Source of the DNA: Lama guanicoe
Lineage: Eukaryota
Length of the DNA stretch: 64,000 bases
Direction: 5' to 3'
Assembly (NCBI GenBank): GCA_013239625.1
Contig: MU056000.1
Location: forward strand, 15,156,851 to 15,220,850
Shown piece by piece: positions 27,087 to 38,641 of the stretch (its first letter is position 1; each line of letters begins with the position of its first letter). The notes below the pieces were generated by a model, which was not told where the DNA came from, searched no databases, and was given only the letters and a program-made list of their open reading frames with translations. Position numbers and translations under genes: made by a program.

Positions 27087-28308
27087 TTAGCTGTTCAGAA
27101 AGTGGAGAGAATGAAAGAGCAATCTGTCATTGTGTGAGCAGACAAGTTGCCGGAAAATTGGATAAATTGGAAATCACTGGAAGGCAGCTATTCTTTCCTT
27201 AGGTGCGTTAGATATCTTGGGAAAATGTTGTTAAATGGTGAACAGTTGCTCCTCAAAAGTTACTAGCTGTTTGGAATACAGAGTCACATAGAGTCAAAAG
27301 ATTCCATTTTTATCTTAATAGGTCAATCTAAACCTAAAGAAAAGGTCTTCTATTTAATTCAATACATTTATTTTATTTTTACAGAGTGATATTTTAAACA
27401 ATATGGATTTTACCTGTGCTTGTGAATACATATGTACTAAAGTAACCTGAAACTTATTTTCTCCTCATCTTTATTAATTTAATCCTGTAGAAATTCAGAA
27501 TATTGGGTCCCACTCTCACCCTACTAGATCCACTTCTTTGTAAGATCTCAGATCACTTATAGCTCATTAAAATTTGAGAAGCACTTCTTGATATTTTCTT
27601 AAGTGTCAAGCCTATGACGCAAATTTGTCCCTGTGGATCCCTTAATCAGAATTCTTCAGTGGCCTTCCTGAAAGCTTAAAAGGAAGTGATAGTTTATGGA
27701 AATTAAAATTTAAGTTTATTTTTTTCATTATTTATTTCTGCCCAATAGAAAAAGCTTTTTTTTTTTACTAACTCAAGTTAAGACTTGTTTTAGCTTTAAG
27801 ACTTTTTGTAGTAATCCTTAATCAATCTGGGAACAATCCACCCTCATCTATAATCACATCTATTTTCTTTCTTTTTATTTGGGATCATATTTCCAAGGGG
27901 ACTAAAATTTTATCAACCTTTGAATGGCCTACCTGATCTATGGCCTATTTCTAGTCAACTGGTCATTGTGGGATCTGGTTCAATATCTGTGTTTATCCAT
28001 AACTAAAATCTGGACACTCTGTCCTGCATATCATACCTAAATATATCACTAGAAAAGCATGGGCAACTTAGGGTTTTGATATTGAAAGTTTGTATTTTGT
28101 TTCAATTTGTGTCTGCCAACTTCTCTTCTTAATTACAAATTGTCAAATTTATATACTTAATATTTTCATTATTATTTTAATAATAATGCATAACAATTCA
28201 TCATTGCATCCTCTCAGGCTTTTATCAATACATTGAGGCACGCTTTATACATTATTACTATGAGTTCTGCTTTGTACATTACAGATCTGCTTTCTTTTTT
28301 ATTTTCTT

Positions 28309-28629
28309 TTATCCAAAATATATCAATATATCTTTAATTACCCTTTTATTTTTGAGCAGTGTGCATCTTCCTTGTTAAATAATTTTAATTTCCACCTCTT
28401 TAGGGAAAATTAGATGGCTTTCGTGAGTTGTTAAAATGATACAGAGCTTCTTTTCTGGTTTTGTTTTATTATCCAAAATATATCAATATATCTTTAATTA
28501 CCCTTTTATTTTCAAGCAGTGTGCATCTCTTCCTTGTTAAATAATTTTAATTTCCACCTCTTTAGGGAAAATTAGATGGCTTTCATGAGTTGTTAAAATG
28601 ATACAGAGCTTCTTTTCTGGTTTTGTTTT
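28309..28629. repeat. Tandem duplication, two copies of about 160 bp
   Basis: 28309-28467 and 28469-28629 align with 3 substitutions and one 2-bp indel. Confidence 0.95.
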
Positions 28630-28649
28630 TGTGGTTTTTTTTTTTTCTT

Positions 28650-29630
28650 CCAAGCAATATCTTAATATATCCTATTGTAATTACAACAGCCACTTATTTT
28701 AATTTTTTGTAATTATCTTCAAAATAAAATAGAGCTGCCATATTTTGTTTCCTTAAGTATTTCAAACAGATTGATTCATTCACAATGCAAATAATTAAAA
28801 ATAGTAAATATATCATGCAAGGAATTTAGCATTTAAAAATATCATTCTCCTCTTCATTTTTTATTCTGTGATATATAGCCATTTTACTGTAATATTTGAT
28901 TCATTTATCTTACTTTTCAAAAATAAATTTTAATTCTTATTTGGTATGGGAAATATAGTTTTACTTAAATTTATGTAGGTGGATTAGTAGTCACTGATAT
29001 TACTTCTAATCATTTTTTATCTTATTTTTAATTCCTGATTTTGATTAATCATTTTCATGTGTAGTTCCTCATTCACTTTTTTTTTTTCAAGTGGATATAT
29101 TGGATGTTTTAAGACTTCCATTCCTTAAAAATATGGACTATAAAATTTCTGGCTCAAAATATTTTTCAGAACCCAATAGAGTTCCTTGAGTCTTTAGATA
29201 ATAGATTATAGAAAAAAGTTGAAGGCCATCCAGACATTTAACATGACAGAAAAAAAATTCTGTGTAGTCATTTTGGTTATTTTTTCTTATTATTGCATTT
29301 AAAATGCTATAACGTATTTAGAAATGGGTCTGTATTTATTAATGTAGTCAGAAACTTAGTTGGAATTTTGATTTACAAATTCAACAATATTAAAGAAAAA
29401 CTTCATGAAATATTCTTTTATTGTGTACCTTTGTATTTGAATGGTATTTAAATTCTCATTTTTTGCTATTGATATGGGTACTCATGTTTTATTGTACTCT
29501 GTCTCATATTTTATATCTATGATTTTCTCTGTTCTCTTTCCATTTCTATTTATTTTTGTCTGCATTGCAAAAGGGTTTCTAAAATTCGTATTTTCTATTA
29601 TAGACATCATTTGCTGTACTATCAACTGAG
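28650..29630 (-). mobile_element. Highly decayed old L1/HAL1-like sequence
   Basis: T-rich strand bias and L1M/HAL1-like antisense phrases; boundaries uncertain. Confidence 0.4.
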
Positions 29631-29779
29631 ATTTGAAGTAATATCTACATATTTTTCTTTGAAAAATAATATTCCAAAACCTATTAAAGAACCCACTGAA
29701 CAGTTCTATCTTCCAACTCTGAGATAAACATTAAAAGTAGTAAAATATTATCTTAAATACAAAGTAAACTTATCATTTG

Positions 29780-30120
29780 AAAATAAATCAATGCCATTCA
29801 CCAAATTAACAAAATTAAAGAATATAAAATAATGTGATCATGTACTTATATGCAGAAAAAGATCTTACTAAATTCATCATTAATTTATAAGACTTCTCAG
29901 CAAAATGGGAACAGAAAATAACTTCCTCAACCTGGTAAAAAGTAACTATAAAAACTCTTAATTAACATCATAAATTATAAAATATTAAACACTCTTTACT
30001 GAAGATAAGAATAAGGCAAAAATGACCCCTCTCACTGTTTCTATTCAACATTATACTGGAGGAACTAGCCAGTATTAAAATGTTGGAGAATAATTCATTT
30101 TCCATAGATGATCATGAAGA
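29780..30120 (+). mobile_element. Decayed L1 ORF2 reverse-transcriptase fragment
   Basis: About 30014-30070 translates RQK*PLSLFLFNIILEELA, compared with L1 ORF2 RQGCPLSPLLFNIVLEVLA; upstream ATGCAGAAAAAG (AEK of DAEKAFD) and AACTTCCTCAACCTG (NFLNL). Contains stops and frameshifts. Confidence 0.85.
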
Positions 30121-30453
30121 ACTTGACCAATTTTGAACAATAACCAGAAATAACAGAAATAAAACAACAACAAAAAATGAAGTCAAGGAAAACAGAGAAA
30201 TAGGGACACAATAAAGATGGATTCTATTTCTCTTTTTCTAGGGGCAAAATGATGTATTCTTGCATTTAAACATTAATGAAATACACTACTCAGGCAACAT
30301 ACCTTAATTGGTTCAGGCAGGTGATTCCATTTATGCATCTGGGTAGAACAAAATAAACAAGAGTATAATTTTAAGAAAGACTCTCATTCAAATGTCAGAA
30401 AGTTTATGTATCAAAGATTTATTAATTCATTAGTGGGTGAAACAGTAAGATGA

Positions 30454-30835
30454 TGTTATGGTTTGAATTAGGCCACCTGAAAATTCATACATTGATGTCC
30501 CAACTGTCCCATGAATTCAATGTTATTTGGACATAGTCTGAAGATCTAATCAAGTTAAGATGATATCATTAAGATGGGACCAAACACAATACGACTAAGG
30601 TTTTTATAAAAGGAGAAGAGACATGGACATACTGAGGAGAAAGCCATTGAAGACACAGTTATGAACAAGGAGACGGCCATGTGAAGACAGAAACAGAGAG
30701 ATCAGAGGGACGCATTTATGCACCAAGGAACACCAAGGATTGCTGGCAACACCAGAAGGGAAGAGAACACACAGGGAGATGACTTCCCTCAGAGGGAGCA
30801 TTGTCCTGAAAATACCTTGATTTCAGACTCCTGCT
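30454..30835 (+). mobile_element. MaLR LTR (MLT1B/C-like), 3' truncated
   Basis: Starts TGTTATGGTTTGAAT; GGCCATGTGAAGACAGA; CCAAGGAACACCAAGGATTGCTGGCAACACCAGAAG; ACCTTGATTTCAGACT. Confidence 0.85.
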
Positions 30836-30934
30836 GATTTATTCCTCTAATTCCATTTCAGTCAACTTATCTGAACTCCAGAAAATAAGCCCCAGAAAAC
30901 ACTATTTTCTAATAACATGAAAAGTATAATTTTA

Positions 30935-31115
30935 CTTAAGGAGAACTGATACATTTATGATTTTGAGTCTTTTCCAAGAAATATGATACTTCTTTCCACG
31001 TATTCAAGTCTAAATTTGTGCTATTCAGGAGAGTTTTTTTTTAGCTTTCTTTATTATATGTATGACATTGGTATAATATTTATAGATTATATTATATTCT
31101 ATTACATTATGTTAT
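30935..31115 (-). mobile_element. Old L1 ORF2 fragment
   Basis: ACATTTATGATTTTGAGTCTTTTCCAAGAAATATGATACTTCTTTCCACGTATTCAAGTCT resembles the antisense of the DLNKWKDIPCSWIGRLNI region. Confidence 0.55.
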
Positions 31116-32120
31116 TTTAAATGTCAGATGTGAGTGTAGCTACAGCATTGCTATTTAATTTTCCTTGGAGATGAAATATTCTTCCTTAGGTTCAGTTAAG
31201 TATGAGTTCACTCTGTCATATATTAGTCAAAAGCACAACATATTTTTTAATGCTGAGAAATAGGTTTACTATTTCTCAGACTGTATTATTAACATCATTT
31301 CAAATGAAGATATCAAAATTTCTAGCAGACAAGTGCATTCCAGTTTGAATTAAAAAAAATGCAATAGTGAGCTTAACAGAAGGCAAATTGCTCACATATG
31401 AAATCAACATGGAACTATATCAACATTTGTAAAAAATATTTATATATTGCTTTTAATTCCCTGGAGAGAAGTACAAAATTCAAGCAACAATTTCATTTTT
31501 ATTTCCCAATTTGTAACTATGAAACTCTAGCAATTTATTTTTATTTTTTCTCCATCAAAGCAGTTTTACCTGAAGCTTTAGAGATAACTGTGAAAAATGT
31601 ATAATAATGGTCATTTTGCTTACTCCCACATAAACAGAAGGAAATTTATGCTTTTATGCCCTGAAGAATTGATTCTTTTCTGTAAATGACATATGGTTGT
31701 GAATCCTTTTTGCAAGTAAATACTTCTGTTTTCTTGCTGAACAGGTTTTTCATTTAAATTCATGACAACATATCAAAAATTTTGCCATAAAAATACAGAG
31801 CAATCAATTGAAGTAATATAGGATTTGAGTAATAAGGGATTTAAACAATTTAATACTTCTTCCTTTCATTTTAAACTGAAATTTTAGAGAAGATATTTTG
31901 GAATGTGCTGACCATACAAACACACTCACACACACACAACATACATCCAGCTTAAAAAAATCATCACAGTTACAAGGATTTCATTAAGGATCAGAAATCA
32001 AAGTGTTTTTTAAGATTTTGAGCTGAAGCTCATAGCAAATAAAAGTAATATGATCTTTACTAGATACTGTTAATCAACAGGACACAGAAACTTTAAGGTT
32101 ATCTATTTACATAGCTTAAC

Positions 32121-32609
32121 TGTTAAAATTGAAACTTGAGACCATCTGTATCAACATGATTTAAAAATTTATTTCAGAAAATTATTTTTCAGGAAGTTAA
32201 GGATGTAAATCAATAAATAACTTTATTGTTTGCTTCAGGATATTCGTGCAAACCAGTTTGTGTGAACAAACAACTCTCCTCTCAGACAACAGATTGCTCA
32301 CCTAGACAGATAGGTATTTATTAAACAGTAGTTTATTTATGAAGACTCACTTCAAGGGCTTCAACTCACTGTGCCTCAATCCTAAACACTTACATCGTGA
32401 ACTTCACCTCTTCTCATCAGTTACTGGTCTTGAAAGTCCCACCTTAACCCCCTGAGCCCAGACTTCAACAGCCTAGAAATACCATCTAATTATCTACTCA
32501 CCTAGAACATTACCCTGCCAAAGTAGTGTTCTCCCTTATGGCCATCCTTTTTCATTTAGCTTTGCTTAATCAATATGCTTTAGTTGGTCTGTTGGGGAGA
32601 TAATAAACA
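32121..32609 (+). mobile_element. ERV1 LTR (MER110-like)
   Basis: 3' end GTGTTCTCCCTTAT...TTAGCTTTGCTTAATCAA...TTGGTCTGTTGGGGAG...ACA resembles the recalled MER110 U5. Confidence 0.55.
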
Positions 32610-33650
32610 GCCTCGGAGGTTCAATTGGAACCATCCAAGACACCCTTCCTGTTATGGTTCAAGATCCTAGAGCTTCTCTGAAGCCCCTTGAACCATCCAC
32701 TTGGGGACCTCCTTGATTACAATGATGAAGTAAATTTTGTGTTAGATTTGAAATCTAATGTGTTTTTCATTGGACTCTCAAGTTCTGTGTTTACTTTGAC
32801 TCCTAGAAGTGAGGAATGATTTTTTAGTAATCTTTTGATCATTTGATCATATATTACCCATTATAAAAACCTGCCTTAGTACTTGCTGACTTTCTTTCTG
32901 TACTTACTCATCACATTTTTATGAACTTATAAAGTGAAGTTCATAGGAAAAAGAACGGGCTTAAATTTAATAAATTTGTCCTGCAGTTTGACCCTAAGCT
33001 GGTGGGGTCAGAAGATCTCATGAGATCAGCATACTTATAGAGCACATTTTGCTTTGGGTCACCTATCAGAATTTTATGAAAGCTTACCTTTGTTTTACCT
33101 GTGAGAATCTATTCCTGAAAGATATTTTTACTCCAAATATTCTGGCTGCTTAGGATTTCAGATGTATTGGTTCTCAATTAAAAAGATCCAAATATCAAGT
33201 TAGGGTTCCATGACAAATTTCAAAACTGAGTTCTTCACTCATTCATCACTAGACTCTTATGTGTTCAGCTTTGTTTAGATCCACAATTTCTATAGGCAAA
33301 CTCCTGCTTCTTGTATCTGTTCATACAAGAATTCTGTTTTGTGTGCTTAAAATTCTAAAATAACATAATTTCACCAAGCATCTTTTAAAATTACAGTCAC
33401 CTCTTTAGAAACCCTTTTATAGAATGAAAATGTTTAACAGGTTGCTTAGAATGATAATGGAACAAAAAGGAACATAACATCTAATGCCCTGAATATTTTT
33501 AGTGTTATATGAAAACTTTTAAAAGAAATTCAGATTCCAAAATTGTTCCTTTAAAATAATAAAAAAAGAAATTTATAGGCAAGGCAAAAGATAAATCTGA
33601 AACTAGCTTGTGTTTATTACCCCTTCTCTCCAAATCTTGACTTGAAATGG
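32610..33650 (+). mobile_element. Decayed ERV1 internal sequence (leader/gag remnant)
   Basis: CTCGGAGGTTC directly after the LTR (PBS-position motif of MER4-group ERVs); CATAATTTCACCAAG...TTAAAATTACAGTCACC near 33360-33405 resembles MER4-group gag remnants. No ORF. Confidence 0.45.
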
Positions 33651-35774
33651 CCAGTGTTTATATCACAGTTTTTTCTCTCCCTTTATATTCTCCGTTTATA
33701 ACATTCTTTCTGGCTTCTTTCTCATACTAAGTATCCAAAAGTTCAATCATATTCTAAAATTTAACTTTATTTATTACAGAGAAAGCCCATTGTGGTTATA
33801 TTTTAGCCCTGGTATTGATCTGAGCTAAGATTCACTTTCAAATATTCTCCAAAACCTGGACAGGATTCATACATAGAAATATATAGAAGGATTGAATAGT
33901 TTTAAAAGCATATACTCCACAGTTACCAGATTTACATCAGTTGATTTATATGATATAAGAAACCTCAGTTTCAAAAAAAAAAAAGAAAAAGATGGAAAGG
34001 CAAAATGGGAAAACTCTGAAGATGACATAAGATACCTCGAATTGCATGAGAACACAGAAACATTTAGAAATCTGTAGACATTGTGTAAGCACTAAGCTTT
34101 TCCCATCCAAACAAAAATTTTTAACCACTAATCCAGTCCTAGAAGCAATGAAGTGATATATTAATTGGAAATTTTTTTGGTAGACACTGTAACACTTCTA
34201 TAAAATACTCAGGAGTAGATCTTTACACAAATGTGATCCCAGCTCTTCCTGCATGTTTTGTGACTAATCTTAAGTAAACAATAAAAGAAGGATTCAGTGA
34301 AAAATAAAAACTGTAATGAGAAGTCGTCATATTGACAGATCTCAACTTGTTTCATAACATTTCAAAAACTGTTTAAAAAAAATGCAAGCAAGAATGAGAA
34401 CAAAAATAGAATGATAGCTTTACAAAAGTACTTGATCAATGAGGGTGCTACATGCAAGAATTGAATGTGCATTCTACCCATAAACTCACAAAGGGTCAAT
34501 TTCTTAAATATTAATTCGCATCTGCAAACTTTTAACTGATACAGTGCTAAAAGCTCTTATGGAGCTTCTCTTTAAAATCAACATATTACTCAGGTGGCAA
34601 ATGTCTCTGATAACCTACAGTCGTTCCCTATGTCTGATATCATCACTTGTATCTCAGATATTTCAGCAAGCGGTCTTCCCGCCTCTGTGAAATTTTATCT
34701 ACTAATTCATTTTGTGAAAGATTGTGTTGCAAATGGAATTTCCAGATTGAATGCTCTTTTTCAAATCTCTGAGGCCCTTTTCTGCCTCCTCCATTCATAA
34801 TGGAGTCTTAGTTCATATTAACATTGACTAAATCAAACCTAAATTAAAAACATCTACAAGGTGTCAGACTCTTTTTAACACCAAAATTCAAGTGGATTGG
34901 CTAAACCCATTAAGCTTGCACAGACCCTTTGAAAACTATAAATTAAAAAAGTTATAAAATCAACAGTAGAAAAGTAAATAGCAAAAATGTTAAGCACCCT
35001 TTATGCCAGTCTGTGTCTGGTTAATACTTCCAATGGATGAGGGAATAGATTTGTTTAGGATCTCAAGGTCAAAAAGAAAAGTCAACCCCATTGACCTGTG
35101 ATACCGAATCTTAATACTGTGGTACTTTCTTTGCCCCTGAGGGTACATCTTTAAAAGTATAGATCTGGGGTCTGCCTTCTTTAGTGTATAAACACTAGAA
35201 TGACAATTGTGATTTGTTTTTGAGAACTTTGTATGTAATGATGATTACATAATGTTACCATCACTATTTAAATTGACTGATACCAATGAAAATAAAACAT
35301 TTTACAATATCTACGTACTGACATCTTTCTTATTAAAACATTATTTTGCACTGAGGTTGTATGCATTCATCAAATTTCTATTATGTTTACAGTATTATAT
35401 GTTGTTGGGTCTAGTTGACAAAGCAGTTGGCGTTATTTCAAATAATACAGATATCCATTGCTTGAATTGTCTCTATCATAACAAACCCTAAAGTATTTGC
35501 ACTAAATTAGCATTGCATGGGCAAGAAAACTAACCTCAGAGGATTGAAAGATGGAGACCTAGTGTATTCACTGAAAAATATATTTATTGGAACTGTCACC
35601 TGAAATCAATTGGAGTTCAACCAAATGCCCTTAGATCATCATGTTTGGGAAAAGCCAGAAAGTTCATGTGCATGTGTTCATACATGTTGTGTTCCACAAT
35701 GAATTACAGGAAAGAGATGGACTCAGGCAAGAAAGAATTGGTTTTCTTAGAACAGAAAGAAAGAGAATAGAGTT

Positions 35775-35990
35775 GAGTTTCTAAACTTTAGCAATCTGAT
35801 ATTTTATACCAGACAATTTTTTGTTGTGGGGAGCTAGCTATTGTGCTGTAGGACATTTACCAGTATCTCTGGCCTCTACCACTAAATACAAGTAGTACTC
35901 CTACCCAGTTACCGTAACCAAAAAGTCTCCGGACATTGACAAGCGTCCTACAGGAAGAAAAATGTCATCCCTGATTGGAAACTACCGACA
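35775..35990 (+). mobile_element. MER20 hAT-Charlie element
   Basis: ACAATTTTTTGTTGTGGGG...TGTAGGACATTTACCAGTATCTCTGGCCTCTACC...ACCAAAAAGTCTCCGGACATTGACAA. Confidence 0.85.
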
Positions 35991-36424
35991 TAGAGAAAGT
36001 CTGTAAATGCTGGAGTCATACAGGCCGGAAAGCTGAATCTTTCCAGACCAGGTTGAAAGAAACTTTTCAGAATTTAAAGCCCACTGTACTCTTAGTAAGG
36101 GGAGGACCTCAGCCCCGAAGCAAATAATTGATTAGGGGTGTTATTTTCCTCCCAAGCTTAATATTTGATGAATATCCTGGATGCTTGCTATCTTTAAAAT
36201 GAAGAAGTATATGTGTGTTTGGGAAAAGGGAAAACAAGGAAATGGTGCAGACTTTTTTCCTCCCTCTAGTTTTTTAATGAATTTTCTGTATTTAGTTTAT
36301 AACTTTTAATATCAATTAAGTGCTGATCAGTATAATACTCAACTTATTTAATGTTCACGTAGAATCACCACTCGATCTATTTGAAATTAATTCATCTATA
36401 AAAAAGTTTCTCTGTTTAAGACAG

Positions 36425-36924
36425 TGCGGTAGGCAGCATAATGGTCTCTTAAGATGCTCAGTTCCTAATTCCTAAAAACTGTGACTATGTCATCTGACAG
36501 GGAAAAAGAGATTTTGCAGGTGTTATTATGTTAAGAACATTGAGATGGGAGACTTATTTTGGATTTTCCTTGCAGACGCAATCTAATCACACAGATTAAA
36601 AGTGGAGATCTTTTTTTTTTTTTTGGTGAGAATAACAGAAATGTGGCTATAGAAGAACAGAGTTGCAACATTTCTAGCTTTGAAGAATGGAGGGAAAGGA
36701 CCACAAGCCAAGGAATGAAAGGAACCTCTAGGAGCTGGAATATACAAAGAAACAGGTTCTCTCCCAGAGTTTCCAGGAGGGAACATAACACTGCTCACCT
36801 TGATTTCAGCCTAATGAGACCTGTATCAAACATGTGGCCTGCAGAACTGTAAGATAAAATATTTGTGTTCTTGTAAGTCAATAGACATAGCAATTTGTTA
36901 TAGCAGTAATAGGAAAATAATGCA
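36425..36924 (+). mobile_element. MLT1D-like solo LTR, full length
   Basis: TG...CA termini (TGCGGTAGGCAGCATAATGG...AGGAAAATAATGCA); GCTTTGAAGAATGGAGG, CCACAAGCCAAGGAATG, CAGAACTGTAAGATAA. Confidence 0.9.
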
Positions 36925-37123
36925 TAGAGTGTTTCAACAATGGAGAAAAAATTTATAAGCAAGAGAACAGAATTTCTTTCCTTCACAGTGTTTGCAATAT
37001 AACAAGAGAACAAATTAAACACACAAGATCTGAACAAATTATTACACTTGAATTTCTGCTAGAGCTACAGAAAAAAAAAAGAAAAAGAAATTCTAGAAAC
37101 AGAGAATAGGAATTTTTCGTACC

Positions 37124-37600
37124 CAGTAGCCTGCCGTTATCCATGGTTTCACTGTTTGCTGTTCCCGTTACTCATGGTCAACCAGAGTCCAAAAATATTA
37201 AATGGAAAATTCCAGAAATAAATAATTCATAAGTTATAAACTGTTCACCAGTCTGAGCACTGTGATGAAATCTTGTGTCATCTTGCTCTGTCCCCCTCTG
37301 GAGCTGAAGCATCCTTTCGTCCAGTGTATCCTGCCAGATAGTCACTTAGCAGCTGGCTCAATATCTCTGTAGCACAGTGGTGGTGTTCAAGTAATTTTTA
37401 TTTTACTTAATAATGGCCCCAAAGTGAAAAGTAGTGGTGCTAGCAATTCAAATAGTCTCTCACTATGCCCAGTTGATAAACTAAACTTTATCATAATATT
37501 ACAGGGGAAAAAAAGCATAGTAGGTATAGGGTTCAGTACCATCTTTTTCAGGCTTCCACTGGGGGCTTAGAACATGTCCCCCATGGATAATGGGGAACCG
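37124..37600 (+). mobile_element. MER44/Tigger7-derived TcMar element
   Basis: TIR-like ends CAGTAGCCTGCCGTTATCCATGG and CCATGGATAATGGGGAACCG followed by TA; internal AAAATATTAAATGGAAAATTCCAGAAATAAA and TTACTTAATAATGGCCCCAAAG. Confidence 0.88.
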
Positions 37601-38605
37601 TACATTAGGAAGTGTCTATTACTGAACACTATTTTGGTTACAGATAGCAAATGTATATACTTACATTTAGCCAAACATGAAAGTTTGTTGAAAAGGAAGT
37701 GAGGCATTAAAAGGAAATGGAAGTGGTCAAGGTTTCAGGCATTAGCTACACATTGCAAAAATTTTTAAAAATTAAACGCAGTCTGACTCTTAGAAAAGAA
37801 GGGCCTGATTTTCAAAATCACAAATCTAACTTCTACTCGAATAACTGTTCATCTTGGTTAGAGTGCTGTGGAAATGTACAAGTTAAATTATTTGGTCACA
37901 AAATGTATCTAATAGTAGAAATGAATTCCAACGCTGCCATGCTCTCCTGCCATCTTCTTTTCCACTGTCGTGGCTGAAATTTAATTGTCCTTCAGTGTCA
38001 TGGAACACAGCCTGGGATTAAGCTGGTGAGGTTGCAAACTGAATCAATAATGATGAGACTTGGAAGAAAGATGATGGCTTAGCAAAGAAGGTTCACCTTA
38101 TTTTCCACTTTCCTGGCAGCTGAACTAATATGAAAGACACTTGTTCCTTCGCAGTTTGCATACGTTTGGTTGTGTCAGCTGAGTTGTTGTTCAAATGATT
38201 TTCTCTCTGAAGCGTCAGAGACATTCACCCCCAAGTCAACTTTCCCGTGTACATTCCAGAGGCAAAGATTCTCAACTGTAAGTGGGAGAGGGATGTCTGC
38301 GTTGCTTGATTTGCTGTGTGATTACTGTTTGTGATTGTCTTTTGCCCAAGGTGACATGTCATTTTCCAGCACAGATTATTTTTCAAAACAGTTACATTCC
38401 CAAGGTTTGCAGGAAAGGATGTCCATTTACTGAAATGTGAACTTAAATTTCTGGAAAAGAAACATCACATTCTCATACAAATCTATAAAGTAGCTGTAAC
38501 TTGTTCTTTTTCCAATGAGACATCTCTCAAAATAGCTAGTTTTGGTATATAATAGAAACAATATTTTATTCCTTCTATTACCATGAGCAGAAAATAACAG
38601 ATCAT

Positions 38606-38608
<3 letters not shown>

Positions 38609-38638
<30 letters not shown>
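38609..38638. repeat. (TG)15 microsatellite
   Basis: Read directly. Confidence 0.97.

Positions 38639-38641
<3 letters not shown>

Noticed and set aside
28309..28629. Direct repeat considered as a CRISPR array or LTR pair
   Set aside because: Only two adjacent 160-bp copies, no spacers, no TG...CA termini, and the context is mammalian.
29780..30120. Functional reverse transcriptase gene
   Set aside because: In-frame stops, frameshifts and deletions; a dead L1 fragment.
33892..34077. Charged 61-aa ORF containing KKKKEKDGK
   Set aside because: Lysine run comes from an A-tract; TTG start; no splice context.
36531..37037. Cluster of overlapping ORFs
   Set aside because: Lie within or overlap the MLT1D-like LTR; no protein similarity recognised.
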